A DNA stretch of 64,000 nt from positions 5,280,001 through 5,344,000 of the forward strand of contig OZ242311.1 of the NCBI GenBank assembly GCA_965207885.1, read 5' to 3'. The notes below the pieces were generated by a model, which saw nothing but the letters and a program-made list of their open reading frames with translations, was not told the DNA's origin and did not search any database. Below are positions 29,960 to 40,335 of this stretch, in pieces. The stretch is from Candidatus Latescibacterota bacterium. GTDB taxonomy: Bacteria > Latescibacterota > UBA2968. Position 1 is the first letter of the stretch, and each line of letters opens with the position of its first letter. The position numbers and the translations under genes are program-made.

Positions 29960-30790
29960 CTATTCCTTCTCCTCAGGCATCTCAACCGGCAAATCCAGCC
30001 GGTCACCCCACTCTTTCCACGACCCGATATAATTTCGGACCTTTTCATAACCCAGCAACCTCAGTGCCAGGTACGTTTGGGAAGAGCGGTACCCGCCCTG
30101 TCAGTAAGGCACAATTTCCTTATCGGGCGAAATACCCACAGCCTCGTACATCGCCCGCAATTCATCCGCTGGCTTAAACGCCCCCGTCTCATCCAGATTA
30201 TTCACATACTCAACATGCACAGCACCTGGAATAGCACCACCTCGCGTAGCCCGCACATTGCGCCCGAAATACTCATCATCACCCCGCGTATCCAGAGGCA
30301 CAACATCCTCGCGCCCCAAAAGACCATTTAAGGCATCGGCGCCCATATGACGCTCCGGCACCGAGGTTATCACAAACTCCGCGGGCGCGGCCTCCTCACA
30401 ATCCGTCGTCAATTCATAACCCATGGCCGTCCAGGCATTGCATCCCCCATCCAGCACGCGCACATCGGGATGGCCCAGATATTCACAAATCCAAAAACCG
30501 CGCGACGCGCGCACCCCGGAATCATCCTCGTACCAGACCACCGTCTTATCCGTACCAATACCCCGGTTACTGAACAAATAACCGAGCATCCACATAAACG
30601 CCTCAAAAGCCTGTTCGCGGGTATCGTTCAAACTGATTGAATAAAGATCCAGATGAAGCGCACCCGGAATATGCCCGGCGTGATATGCATGCGTCGGCCG
30701 CGTATCCACAATACAGATATCGGCAGCCCTCTCATACAAATCCCGCGGCGAAATCAACAACTCGGGATTCGCATACCCTTTATCGCTCAT
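29960..30790 (-). CDS. Selenocysteine-containing tandem-domain rhodanese/sulfurtransferase, 276 aa
   Basis: GHIPGA and VLDGG motifs. An in-frame TGA (30101-30103) lies at the catalytic Cys position, giving Y-U-QGGYRSS, followed by [12 protein letters not shown] up to TAG 29960. GGAGGTG RBS. Confidence 0.9.
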
Positions 30791-30906
30791 AATCACCTCC
30801 TTGCAATTTTCAAAACCCGAACCAAAAACCAACTCATGTGTTCTATCACTTGACAATATCCCATACCAGCATCCATATTTAACGCCTAAACCTCAGGAGA
30901 CACTAT

Positions 30907-31773
30907 ATGAAAGGCATCTTACTCGCAGGAGGGGCTGGCACCCGCCTCTATCCCATCACGCGCGTGGTCAGCAAACAACTCCAGCCAGTTTACGACAAAC
31001 CCATGATCTACTATCCCCTCTCCGTCCTCATGCTGGCTGGCATCCGGGATATATTGATCATCTCCACCCCCCACGACCTGCCCCTCTACAGGCGTTTATT
31101 CAATAACGGCTCTTATCTCGGCCTCAACATCACATACGCCGAACAACCGCGCCCCGAAGGCGTCGCCCAGTCATTTGTGATCGGAAGCGATTTTATAGGC
31201 ACCGACCCCGTCTGCCTAATTTTCGGCGACAACATCTTCTACGGCCATGGCCTCGGCGCAATATTAGATCGAGCCGGACAACTCACCGAAGGCGGACTCA
31301 TCTTTGGATATGCAGTAACCGACCCCGAGCGATATGGCGTCATCGAATTTGACGACGAAGGCCGCGTCATCAGTATAGAAGAAAAACCCGAACACCCCAA
31401 ATCGCGCTACGCCGTGCCCGGCCTCTATTTTTACGACAACCAGGTCGTTGACATCGCCCGCAACCTCACGCCCTCAGCGCGTGGAGAATACGAAATCACC
31501 GATGTAAACGAAGAATATCTCAAACGCCAACAACTCGAAGTCGAATTGCTCGGCCGCGGGTATTGCTGGCTCGACACCGGCACATTTGAATCGCTTCACC
31601 AGGCATCGGGATTTGTGCAGGCAATTCAAGAACGCCAGGGCCTCAAAATTGCGTGCATCGAAGAAATCGCCTATCGCCGGGGATACATCGACGCCGCACA
31701 ACTCGAACAACTCGCACAAACCATGGCGCAAAACAGCTACGGCCAATTCCTCTTATCTGTCCTGAACGAATAG
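30907..31773 (+). CDS. rfbA: Glucose-1-phosphate thymidylyltransferase
   Basis: [45 protein letters not shown] and WLDTGT motifs. Confidence 0.97.
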   Translation: MKGILLAGGAGTRLYPITRVVSKQLQPVYDKPMIYYPLSVLMLAGIRDILIISTPHDLPLYRRLFNNGSYLGLNITYAEQPRPEGVAQSFVIGSDFIGTDPVCLIFGDNIFYGHGLGAILDRAGQLTEGGLIFGYAVTDPERYGVIEFDDEGRVISIEEKPEHPKSRYAVPGLYFYDNQVVDIARNLTPSARGEYEITDVNEEYLKRQQLEVELLGRGYCWLDTGTFESLHQASGFVQAIQERQGLKIACIEEIAYRRGYIDAAQLEQLAQTMAQNSYGQFLLSVLNE

Positions 31774-31812
31774 ACGGAGCGGTGTACAACTGGCCACTTC
31801 TCAGGCCAGTTC

Positions 31813-31935
31813 ATAGACGAATAGACGAATAGACGAACCCCACCCAACCACCAAAACCTCTGGATTGCGGCTAACACCATGCCGCAATGACGGCTTTCAT
31901 GTACATTACCTATTTCATTGATTCGTTGATTCGCG
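31813..31935. repeat. Dispersed octamer-array inverted repeat element with a nested REP palindrome
   Basis: (ATAGACGA)x3, CGAACCCCACCCAACCACCAAAACC, REP at 31860-31891, then (TTGATTCG)x2. Related copy at 38792-38884. Confidence 0.65.
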
Positions 31936-31939
31936 GTTT

Positions 31940-34744
31940 TCATAATATCGGATGCATCGCGTGCCAATCCGTAGCCTGTTCATAAGCGCGTGCAACAGCG
32001 AGAATCGTCGCCTCATCGTACAAATTGCCCAAAAAAGTCAACCCTCTCGGCGTACCCTCTGCAAACCCACAGGGCAAAATAACCGCAGGATGGCCCGTCA
32101 AATTAGTCACAGCCAAACTCGTCCTACCACCGCGCGGCACCAACACCGCATCCCAGTCTTGCATCACCTGCGCCACATCGCGCATCAACAGAGCACGCAA
32201 ACGCTGCGCCCGCAAATACTCCACAGCCGTCACCGTGCGCGCCGCTCGAAAATTATCGGGCCACGAACTCTTATCCGCCTCCGTCATCACATCCAGTTCT
32301 CCGCGCAGAGTTGCATCGTCAAACATCGCGGAAGACTCAACCCGAAGCACCATCATAATCGCATCCGTTGGATAATCCGGCAGCGAAACGGGTTGTAAAT
32401 CAGCGCCCAAACCGCGCATCACGTCCAGCGCAGCGGCATAAACGCCAGTGGGATCTTCGCCATCTGCCTCCTTCCGAAACTCAGACGCCAGATATCCAAT
32501 CCGCAACCCGGATAAATCCACATCGGGACACCAGTTAAAAGGCGCATCCACCACCGAGCGATCCCTTCCATCCGGTCCACAAATCGCGTGAAACACAGCA
32601 GCACAATCCTCCACACTGCGACACATAGGACCCAATTTATCCATAGTCCAGCTCAGCGCCATAGCCCCATAACGACTCACCCGCCCATAAGTCGGGCGCA
32701 ACCCAACCACACCGCATGTGTGACTGGGCGAAACAATAGAACCGTGCGTTTCAGACCCGATACTGAACCCCACCAACCCCGACGCAGTTGCAGCGCCAGA
32801 CCCGGCCGACGACCCGCTCGATCCCGTATCGGTATCCCAAGGATTGCGCGTCATACCCTCAAACCACGTCGGCCCCGACGCCAGCGCACCCAGTGACAAC
32901 TTGGCAACCAGCACAGCACCCGCCTGTCTCAATTTTTTCACCACACTCGCATCCTCATCCGGCACTTGATCCCTAAACGGCGTAGCCCCCCACGTCGTGC
33001 GAATCCCCTTTGTACTCAACAGATCTTTCGCGCCCCAGGGAATACCGTGCAACGGACCTCTATAATCGCCCCTTGCGATCTCCGCCTCAGCGGCTTTTGC
33101 CTGTTCCATCGCCAGATCTTCTGTCAACGTAACCACACACTTCAACTTCTCCCCATAACGCGCGAGGCGACCCAGGTACAACCGCGTCAACTCAACCGGT
33201 GAAATCTCCCTCTGTGCAATCAAACGCGCAAGAGAACTCACCGGCAAAAAAGCCAGCTCATCATCGGCATCTGGCCGCGCAATATTGGCGTCACTCAGCG
33301 CAAACGGCTGCTGTTCGCCCTCGGGCACCTCCCCTGGCACAAACACCAGAGGTGGCTCGACATCATACCCCACCGACACATTGCGCAAAGCGACATATTG
33401 CCGCCCCTGCTTTTCAATTTGCCCCCGCACCTTTTGCCATTGCGCCCTGGAAAACGGCAACCGGGCAACATCTCCCAACCCCGACACCGCGCGATCCACC
33501 AGTGCATTCTCGCGCTCGGCAACCTCGTCCAAAAACACATGCCGAATTTCCGTATCGATATCCGGGCTGCATCCCTCACCTATCTCGCCGTGCGTGTACA
33601 AAAGCTGGGGAACCCCGATCTCGTTCTCGGGCGTAGCACAACGCTCCAGACTCGGCAACCAATCCGACACCGTATCATCCTCCGGAGAAACCCGATACGC
33701 CTGCCAGGTCTCCCCCACATCCCGCGATACAAACAACACAATAGCATTTGTCGGATCGGCCCAATCCCCGCCGCGCTTACACACCACACCCGCCGCGTAC
33801 AACACCCCATCCTTTGACACACTCAACACACATCGATCTGACATCGCACACCGCCCAAAAACTTTCTCGGCCAAAGGCAAAAAAGACTTGCGCTCCCATT
33901 CCCCTTTTTTCCAGCGATACAAAAACGTCTCGTCAAACTCGCCCTCTCGCCGGTTCAACGTAAAAAGCACCACATCGCCCGCACAGGTCACCACATTGCC
34001 AATGCGGATATCGAACCCATCGCTGTATTCAATCACACACGGAGAATCCGGCGTCACGGGCAAGTCGAGCCTCTCCCCCGCCACTGTCTCCCATGTCTCA
34101 CCCCAATCGCGCGACCGCATAATACCAAAACCGCGGCCCTTTGTATCTCCCGGATTATCCTCATTGCTCCGCGCCAGATGAAAAGACAAATACAGCACAT
34201 CGCCCTCAATGTGGATACAATTCTCAAGATGCACATAAGCCGGTGGTCCCTGAGGATCGACCAGCTTCACCGGCACTGTCCAATCCCCATTCACGGACCG
34301 CTGCTGATAAAACAGCCCCCAGGGCCGCTCGCGCTCATACGCCCCCCGATAACACGCGTGCAACACATCGCGCGCATCACACACCAGACTGGGATACGTC
34401 GCATTCGCACCGCCAAACGAAGGAAGCAGCTTCCACCTGGACGTATCATTGGGATGTACACTCACCGCGTGTTGCATCGGATTGTGATGCGGACCAAACG
34501 CGAGATAGAGAAACCCCTTCGAATCCATTGTCATTGCCGCGCCCGCGTGATTATCAACCCCATCTGCCACAAAAATTGGATCGCTCCACACTTTCGCCTC
34601 GTGACAATACGTTGCCACATACGTCTTGTGAATCTGATCCAACCACACCACATGCGTCTTGCCCTCCTGCGTAATAATTTTATTACTCATCCCATACGCC
34701 GTACCGCGCGTCGAACCAGTCTTTGACAAAACAGTGTATTCCAT
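31940..34744 (-). CDS. BNR/sialidase-like beta-propeller fused to an amidase-signature domain
   Basis: Asp-boxes SRDWGETW and SRDVGETW. Amidase motifs GPLHGIPWGAKD, GSSGSSAG and IGSETHGSI..P. Confidence 0.85.
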   Translation of the reverse strand: MEYTVLSKTGSTRGTAYGMSNKIITQEGKTHVVWLDQIHKTYVATYCHEAKVWSDPIFVADGVDNHAGAAMTMDSKGFLYLAFGPHHNPMQHAVSVHPNDTSRWKLLPSFGGANATYPSLVCDARDVLHACYRGAYERERPWGLFYQQRSVNGDWTVPVKLVDPQGPPAYVHLENCIHIEGDVLYLSFHLARSNEDNPGDTKGRGFGIMRSRDWGETWETVAGERLDLPVTPDSPCVIEYSDGFDIRIGNVVTCAGDVVLFTLNRREGEFDETFLYRWKKGEWERKSFLPLAEKVFGRCAMSDRCVLSVSKDGVLYAAGVVCKRGGDWADPTNAIVLFVSRDVGETWQAYRVSPEDDTVSDWLPSLERCATPENEIGVPQLLYTHGEIGEGCSPDIDTEIRHVFLDEVAERENALVDRAVSGLGDVARLPFSRAQWQKVRGQIEKQGRQYVALRNVSVGYDVEPPLVFVPGEVPEGEQQPFALSDANIARPDADDELAFLPVSSLARLIAQREISPVELTRLYLGRLARYGEKLKCVVTLTEDLAMEQAKAAEAEIARGDYRGPLHGIPWGAKDLLSTKGIRTTWGATPFRDQVPDEDASVVKKLRQAGAVLVAKLSLGALASGPTWFEGMTRNPWDTDTGSSGSSAGSGAATASGLVGFSIGSETHGSIVSPSHTCGVVGLRPTYGRVSRYGAMALSWTMDKLGPMCRSVEDCAAVFHAICGPDGRDRSVVDAPFNWCPDVDLSGLRIGYLASEFRKEADGEDPTGVYAAALDVMRGLGADLQPVSLPDYPTDAIMMVLRVESSAMFDDATLRGELDVMTEADKSSWPDNFRAARTVTAVEYLRAQRLRALLMRDVAQVMQDWDAVLVPRGGRTSLAVTNLTGHPAVILPCGFAEGTPRGLTFLGNLYDEATILAVARAYEQATDWHAMHPIL

Positions 34745-34764
34745 AACACAACCTCTCTGTCTTG

Positions 34765-34793
34765 TTGCGTTCTTACCCTCCACCTGCTATAAT
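34765..34793 (+). promoter_or_regulatory. Sigma70-type promoter of the SDR gene
   Basis: TTGCGT-17 nt-TATAAT with an extended TG, 32 nt before the ATG. Confidence 0.55.
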
Positions 34794-34825
34794 AGACATC
34801 ATCAACTTCACACGAAAGGAAGAAT

Positions 34826-35653
34826 ATGTCCAATCTCAAAAACAAAGTCGCCCTGATAACCGGTGCTGGAGGTGAACACGGTATCGGACGTGCAATAGCG
34901 CTGCGTTTTGCGCGAGAAGGTGCCGATATTGTTATCTGTGATATAGATGCAAATGCCCGCGGCGACTGGGCTGGATTGCCCGCGGTTATCGAAGAAATCG
35001 AAGCAATGGGACGACGGGTTCTCGCAACAGAAGTCGATGTAACCAGCGCAGAGCAAGTCGAACAAATGGTACAGGCTGCACTCGCGCGCTTTGGCAAAAT
35101 CGACATCCTCGTCAACAACGCGGGTGCCCCTGCCGGACCGGACCGCGTACCCGTTGCCGAATTAGAAGAAGACGTCTTCGACCATGTTCACCGCGTAAAT
35201 GTCAAAGGCACCTTCTTGTGTTCCCGCGCCGTTGTCCGCCACCTCATCAAACGGAACAACGGGGGCAAAATTATCAACATCTCATCGACCTCGGGACTGC
35301 GCGGAATCGCCAGATTCGCGGCCTATTGCTCCTCAAAATTTGCCGTCATCGGATTCACGCAAAGCCTCGCCCATGAAATGGGGCCCTACGGCATTCAGGT
35401 CAACGCAATTTGCCCCGGCCTGATTGAAACCGAACGCCTGCACGGCATAGCCAGCGGATTAAAACCCAGCGGAACATCAATCGAAGACTTTAGAGCGCAA
35501 ATGGTCGAACGCACCTCTCAGAACAATCCACTCGGACGCATTGGGCAGCCAGAAGATGTTGCAAACGTCGCGGCATTTCTGGCCTCTCCCGATGGCGATT
35601 ACATGACCGGACAGGCAATCAGCGTATCGGGCGGAGCGGCCATGGTGCATTAG
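34826..35653 (+). CDS. SDR family oxidoreductase
   Basis: TGAGGEHGIG, NNAG, YCSSK and NAICPG motifs. Confidence 0.95.
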   Translation: MSNLKNKVALITGAGGEHGIGRAIALRFAREGADIVICDIDANARGDWAGLPAVIEEIEAMGRRVLATEVDVTSAEQVEQMVQAALARFGKIDILVNNAGAPAGPDRVPVAELEEDVFDHVHRVNVKGTFLCSRAVVRHLIKRNNGGKIINISSTSGLRGIARFAAYCSSKFAVIGFTQSLAHEMGPYGIQVNAICPGLIETERLHGIASGLKPSGTSIEDFRAQMVERTSQNNPLGRIGQPEDVANVAAFLASPDGDYMTGQAISVSGGAAMVH

Positions 35654-36486
35654 TACAGAATGCGCTGATCGCTCAAATCCTTGCCGCCGACCGTGCGCGT
35701 AAGCGACCCACCCAAATACTCCACAACCTCCAAATCGGCCAGCGCATTGACAATATTATACATCGTAGGCAAATCTTCCCAACGCGCGCGGTTCCACGCA
35801 ATACACCCATCGCCAACCAGGTGCTCTTCAACCTTTCGATGCCCCCCCTTCGCCGGCGTAATAACCGGATAGGCAATATCCTCCTTACCCCATACGCCTG
35901 TCCGCGGCATATATTTGTAGTGAAGCGTCCCATCGACTTTCGCGCCACCGCCCTTCGCAGGTGTCGGATTTTCAGACGGTGACTTCAGATTCGTCACCGA
36001 AATATCCAGAAAATTGAACCCCAACCAACCCGCAACAGCCTGCGCCTCATTGCTCGTAATACGCGGCTCGGGCATCTCGCAATAGATCTTTGAAAACCCG
36101 AGTTCCTCGCGCCCGGTAATAATCGGATCACAGAGATTCTCCCAGAGCACAGAAAGAAAAGGCCCGCGAACATGGTCTCTCGCCCCCTTAAACACCGCCG
36201 GAAAAGAAACACCCAAAATATTGTAACCGCGCCCTGCCAGCCACTCAATTTCCTTCATATAACTGGCGTACACCGACACAACAGGCTCTCCGCCGAGTTC
36301 AAAACACTCGGGCAAAAGCGCCTTGAGTTGCTCCGCATTTGAAAGAAACGACACCGAAATCGAAGTATTCTTCGGATTATCCACACATTCAAATTTGCGA
36401 CCATCTGGACCCTGACGAGGCCCCATAAGCGGACCGAAATGCGTGGGCATGCGATACATCTTACCGGGTTGAAATTTATAAGCCAT
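35650..36486 (-). CDS. Acetoacetate decarboxylase family protein
   Basis: WLAGRGY and PIITGREELGFSK (Schiff-base Lys) motifs. Confidence 0.85.
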   Translation of the reverse strand: MAYKFQPGKMYRMPTHFGPLMGPRQGPDGRKFECVDNPKNTSISVSFLSNAEQLKALLPECFELGGEPVVSVYASYMKEIEWLAGRGYNILGVSFPAVFKGARDHVRGPFLSVLWENLCDPIITGREELGFSKIYCEMPEPRITSNEAQAVAGWLGFNFLDISVTNLKSPSENPTPAKGGGAKVDGTLHYKYMPRTGVWGKEDIAYPVITPAKGGHRKVEEHLVGDGCIAWNRARWEDLPTMYNIVNALADLEVVEYLGGSLTRTVGGKDLSDQRILY

Positions 36487-36511
36487 AAAAACTCCTTTTT
36501 TGTGTTTTCAC

Positions 36512-37324
36512 CTACACCTCATTCAAATTGTCATACATAGACAGCGGCGACCCTGCGAACAGCCCGGCATCCACGGGCAAGACCACGCCCGAAATCCAGC
36601 GCGACTCATCACTGCCCAAAAACACGGCAGCCCAGGCAATATCCCACGCATTTCCCTCTGTGCCCAGCGGCGCAATTTTGCGGCGGCGCTCTCGCGACTC
36701 CTGGGGAATATTGCCGACAAAAGTCGTGTGAAGATGCCCGGGCGCAATACTATTCACGCGCACATTTTCGCGCCCGTGGTGAACCGCAGCCAGCCGCGTC
36801 AGCGTAATAATCCCTCCCTTGGTAATGCCATAGGGAACATTGCGCGAATTGCCAGCGCGCATACCGTCAATAGACGAAATATTAATAACAGAACCGCCGC
36901 CGGAAGCCGCCATCTCGGGAATCGCGTACTTACATAAAAAAACCATACTCTTAAGCCCCACATCCATCACGCGATGCCAATTTTCTTCTTCGACTTCTGT
37001 CACCCTCCCAGGCCCGTGAATCCCCACATTATTAAACAGAACATCCAACTTCCCATAGTGTTCAATCGCCGCATCTACAATCGCCCGACACTGATCCGTC
37101 TTTGAAACATCGGCCAAAACGACCTCTGCCTCTCCACCCTCCGCCCGAATCTCCGCCCGGGTCCTCTCCGCATTTTCCCCGTCAATATCCGCCAGAATGA
37201 CCCTCGCACCTTCGCGGGCAAAAAGCACCGCAGTCGCACTCCCTATCCCTCTCAATTTCCGATCCTCAACCTCGCGCGTCCCCGCACCCGTAACAATAGC
37301 GACCTTGTCTTTCAAACGATCCAT
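36512..37324 (-). CDS. SDR family oxidoreductase
   Basis: TGAG...GIG, NNVG, YGITK and RVNSIAPG motifs. Confidence 0.95.
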   Translation of the reverse strand: MDRLKDKVAIVTGAGTREVEDRKLRGIGSATAVLFAREGARVILADIDGENAERTRAEIRAEGGEAEVVLADVSKTDQCRAIVDAAIEHYGKLDVLFNNVGIHGPGRVTEVEEENWHRVMDVGLKSMVFLCKYAIPEMAASGGGSVINISSIDGMRAGNSRNVPYGITKGGIITLTRLAAVHHGRENVRVNSIAPGHLHTTFVGNIPQESRERRRKIAPLGTEGNAWDIAWAAVFLGSDESRWISGVVLPVDAGLFAGSPLSMYDNLNEV

Positions 37325-37334
37325 AAACAGTCCC

Positions 37335-38779
37335 TCATCTCCTCAAATTTACCCATCGCTGGTATTTGTCGTGATCAAATCGATCGCGCAGTGGCCCAAT
37401 ATGCGTCTCAATCAAATCCTGGCGAACCGACTCAAGCCCCGCATCTTCCACCAGATTATTCAACTCCTCCGGATCAGCCTCAACATCATACAGTTCAACT
37501 GGCCTCTCCGAAACCGATTCCACCCCGAGTTTATATCGCCCGTCAAAAACCATCGTATGGCCTAAAACCTCGCTAATAACAGCATCCTTTCCCCTCTGCG
37601 CCCCCTCTGCATCGACCCCTCCTTGAACCTGTGGAACAAAAGACTGCCCATCGGTCTGCAACGGTTCGGCATCCGCAATATCAACAACCGAAGCAACCAC
37701 ATCAATCACATCCGTCAACGCCCCGGTTTGCCACCCCGCGAACCTCCCGGCGGACGCACAATCAACGGAACGCGAACAGACGCATCGTAAAAAACGATCT
37801 TATTATACAACATGTGATCGCCCAGCATCTCGCCGTGATCTGAATTGTAAATCACCCATGTATTATCCGCGAGACCGGTCTCCTCAAGCGCGTCGAGCAT
37901 CTCGCCAATATAGTGATCGATAAGCGTAATCTTCGCGAAATAATTAACCATCATGATTTGTTTTTGCTCAACCGTCATACCCGACAGATTCTTGCTCCTC
38001 TGCATACGTCGAACATTAAGCGGAACGGGATCACCCGGCGCATCCATAATACCAGCCGGCATATCCCCGGGATCGTACATATCCCGGTACTCCTGCGGAG
38101 AATCAAACGGATCGTGGGGACCGGGACAAAGAACCTGCAAATAAAAAGGCTTATCGCCCTTGTAATCGCGAATCCAGTTCGCCGCAGTACGCCCCGTATA
38201 ACTATCTAAATGCGCCTCAGTAGGCAGTGGACAGGGAGGTTCCTCCCACGGCTTGAGCGTCCCGCTTTGCCAGGGAATGCGAAAATCATTGATAAATTTT
38301 CGATGCGTCTCCAACAGACCCAACTCATCGAGATAATCGGTATAAGGCGAACTGTGTTTGCCCGAAGCAATCGGACCGTGAAGCTCGTGCGGATCTTCAA
38401 ACCCCCACGCATTGAGCACATCGACGCGATCTCTGCTATGCGAAGCCGGTACCCCCCCGTGGAGATAGAGATGTGACTTCCCGATCAAAGCCGTATGATA
38501 ACCCGCATCGCGCACCTGACGCACATGGCTGGGATCTTCACAATCGGCGTCCTGATCATTTGCCCACAGCCCGTGTTCCCGGGGATACAGACCGCTCATC
38601 ATAGATGCGCGAGACGGCATACACAGCGGACAATTGGTATAGCACTGCGTATAAGTAACACTCTCAGACGCGAGGCGATCCAGATTCGGCGTCTTAACCG
38701 CCGGATGCCCGACGCACCCCATTGCATCGCCGCGATGCTGATCGGAAAAGATATAGAGAATATTGGGTTGATCAGCCAT
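37335..38779 (-). pseudogene. Sulfatase split by a 1-nt frameshift (pseudogene or sequencing error)
   Basis: CMPSR, GKSH and SDHGEM lie in 37715-38779, ELYDV..DPEE in 37335-37718. Adding one G in the run at 37734-37737 restores ...SRGWQTGALTDVIDV. Confidence 0.8.
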
Positions 38780-38791
38780 AAAAACTCCTTG

Positions 38792-38884
38792 CGAATCAAC
38801 GAATCAACGAATCAGCGAACCCCGCCCATCCTCCAAAACCAGTATGTATCTCCATTCGTCTATTCGTCTATTCGTCTATTCGTC
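38792..38884. repeat. Dispersed octamer-array inverted repeat element
   Basis: (CGAATCAA)x2-3, CGAACCCCGCCCATCCTCCAAAACC, then (ATTCGTCT)x3-4. Overlaps the 3' end of the Gfo/Idh/MocA gene. Confidence 0.65.
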
Positions 38885-39912
38885 ATCGCGACCCTGCGCC
38901 CCCTCGACATCAGCGCCGCCTCATAAACCTTCATAACAGACAGCGCGAACTCCAGGGACCCGACCTCCGCCGTCCTATCCTCCAGAACACAGTCGCAGAA
39001 ATAGCGCATCTCATCGTAAAAGCCCTGCGTAAAAAGCGCCTTATTCTCAAGGGTCCCCAGCGTGTCTTGAGGCTCCCATGAGATCGCACCAGACTCCAAA
39101 CCCGTGGGAATATAACTTCTCGTACTTGAATAATTAAAAGGAATACCGCGTTCCAGAGTCACGCGAAGATCTTTGTCAATCGCCACATGCTGCTGCCCCC
39201 AAAATGCATACCGCTCGCATCCACGACGCGCAGAAACCAGATTAAAAGACCCCACGACACCACTCGCAAATTCGAGAATACACACACCAGTGCCGTGATC
39301 GCTTCTGTGCATAGTAACAGCCGAAACATCCCCTCCAACAGCGAGAAGCAGCGAAAGCGGATGGCAGCCATTCTTCAGCCAGTTGGGCGCTTCGCGCGTT
39401 CTGAGCACCTGCTCTCCATCCTCGGGAATCGTCATCGGATATTCTGCGGAAAGTCCCCTGAGCGGACCGCAATCCTCTGTCCCCATCAACTCAATCACCT
39501 TCCGGGTCGCCGGCATAAATGCCTTCTTGAACCCCACAACGACCACGCGATCCCCGCGATGGCGCATCATGGTTTCCACCTCAGAAGCCAGCGTAGCAGG
39601 CGGCTTCTCCATCCACACGTGCAGCCCGGCATCAAGCGCCTCGCACGCCAGTTCTGGATGTGCTTCTGGAGACACACAGATAAAAACGCAATCCAGATCT
39701 TCACCCGCGTACATATCCGCAGTGCTGGCATAGCAAGCATCCACGCCGTATTCCTCCGCCGTCGCCTTCGCGAGATCCAGCCTCAAATCGCAAAAAGCCT
39801 TAAGCCTCACCGGAAGATAATGCATCGCAGGCAGGATATTCCTGTAGCAATGTGACCCCACGCCAACAACGCCGACATTCAGCCGGCTTTCAAACTCTCT
39901 CTGATAACTCAT
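38860..39912 (-). CDS. Gfo/Idh/MocA family oxidoreductase
   Basis: VGVVGVG and [17 protein letters not shown] motifs. Confidence 0.92.
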   Translation of the reverse strand: MSYQREFESRLNVGVVGVGSHCYRNILPAMHYLPVRLKAFCDLRLDLAKATAEEYGVDACYASTADMYAGEDLDCVFICVSPEAHPELACEALDAGLHVWMEKPPATLASEVETMMRHRGDRVVVVGFKKAFMPATRKVIELMGTEDCGPLRGLSAEYPMTIPEDGEQVLRTREAPNWLKNGCHPLSLLLAVGGDVSAVTMHRSDHGTGVCILEFASGVVGSFNLVSARRGCERYAFWGQQHVAIDKDLRVTLERGIPFNYSSTRSYIPTGLESGAISWEPQDTLGTLENKALFTQGFYDEMRYFCDCVLEDRTAEVGSLEFALSVMKVYEAALMSRGRRVAMTNRRIDE

Positions 39913-39917
39913 AGCTG

Positions 39918-40322
39918 CTATCTGGCAAAACTGGAGCGCAATTTAATACCCCATCTGCCATCCTCATACGTAAGAACATAAAGTGAATCGTGAGCGGCAA
40001 TCACCGAACCGTCTTCGCGGTAGCGGGTAAATTGCGTATCAACGTGAATCTTCTCATCCGAACAATGGACAATTTCGCGCCGGGTCCAAACACTGTAGTG
40101 CCAGCCGATATTGCCCAACCCCGTCCTCACACGCGCGATAAATGTATCGTCCATATCTGCGTCTTCCCATCGGTGCATAATTCCCGAAGCCAGACGAAAA
40201 TGTGGAAAATGCATCGTCGCCTTCCACGCCTGGAGATCCAGCGCATTAAAACCGACCATCCACGCATCCAGCACGGGAATCGCCCGTTCTCTCGCCTGTG
40301 CAACCGCCTCTTCTGATGGCAT
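39918..40322 (-). CDS. NTF2/SnoaL-like small protein
   Basis: HFPH.R, KIHV...FTRYREDGS and DGRWGI motifs. RBS and tight operon spacing. Confidence 0.7.
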   Translation of the reverse strand: MPSEEAVAQARERAIPVLDAWMVGFNALDLQAWKATMHFPHFRLASGIMHRWEDADMDDTFIARVRTGLGNIGWHYSVWTRREIVHCSDEKIHVDTQFTRYREDGSVIAAHDSLYVLTYEDGRWGIKLRSSFAR

Positions 40323-40335
40323 AAGCCCTCCAATC

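Noticed and set aside
30907-31773. Polysaccharide biosynthesis locus around rfbA
   Set aside because: rfbA is isolated here, with no rfbBCD or glycosyltransferase genes nearby.
31813-31935. CRISPR array
   Set aside because: Units are 8-nt tandem repeats or isolated palindromes without unique spacers, and no cas genes are present.
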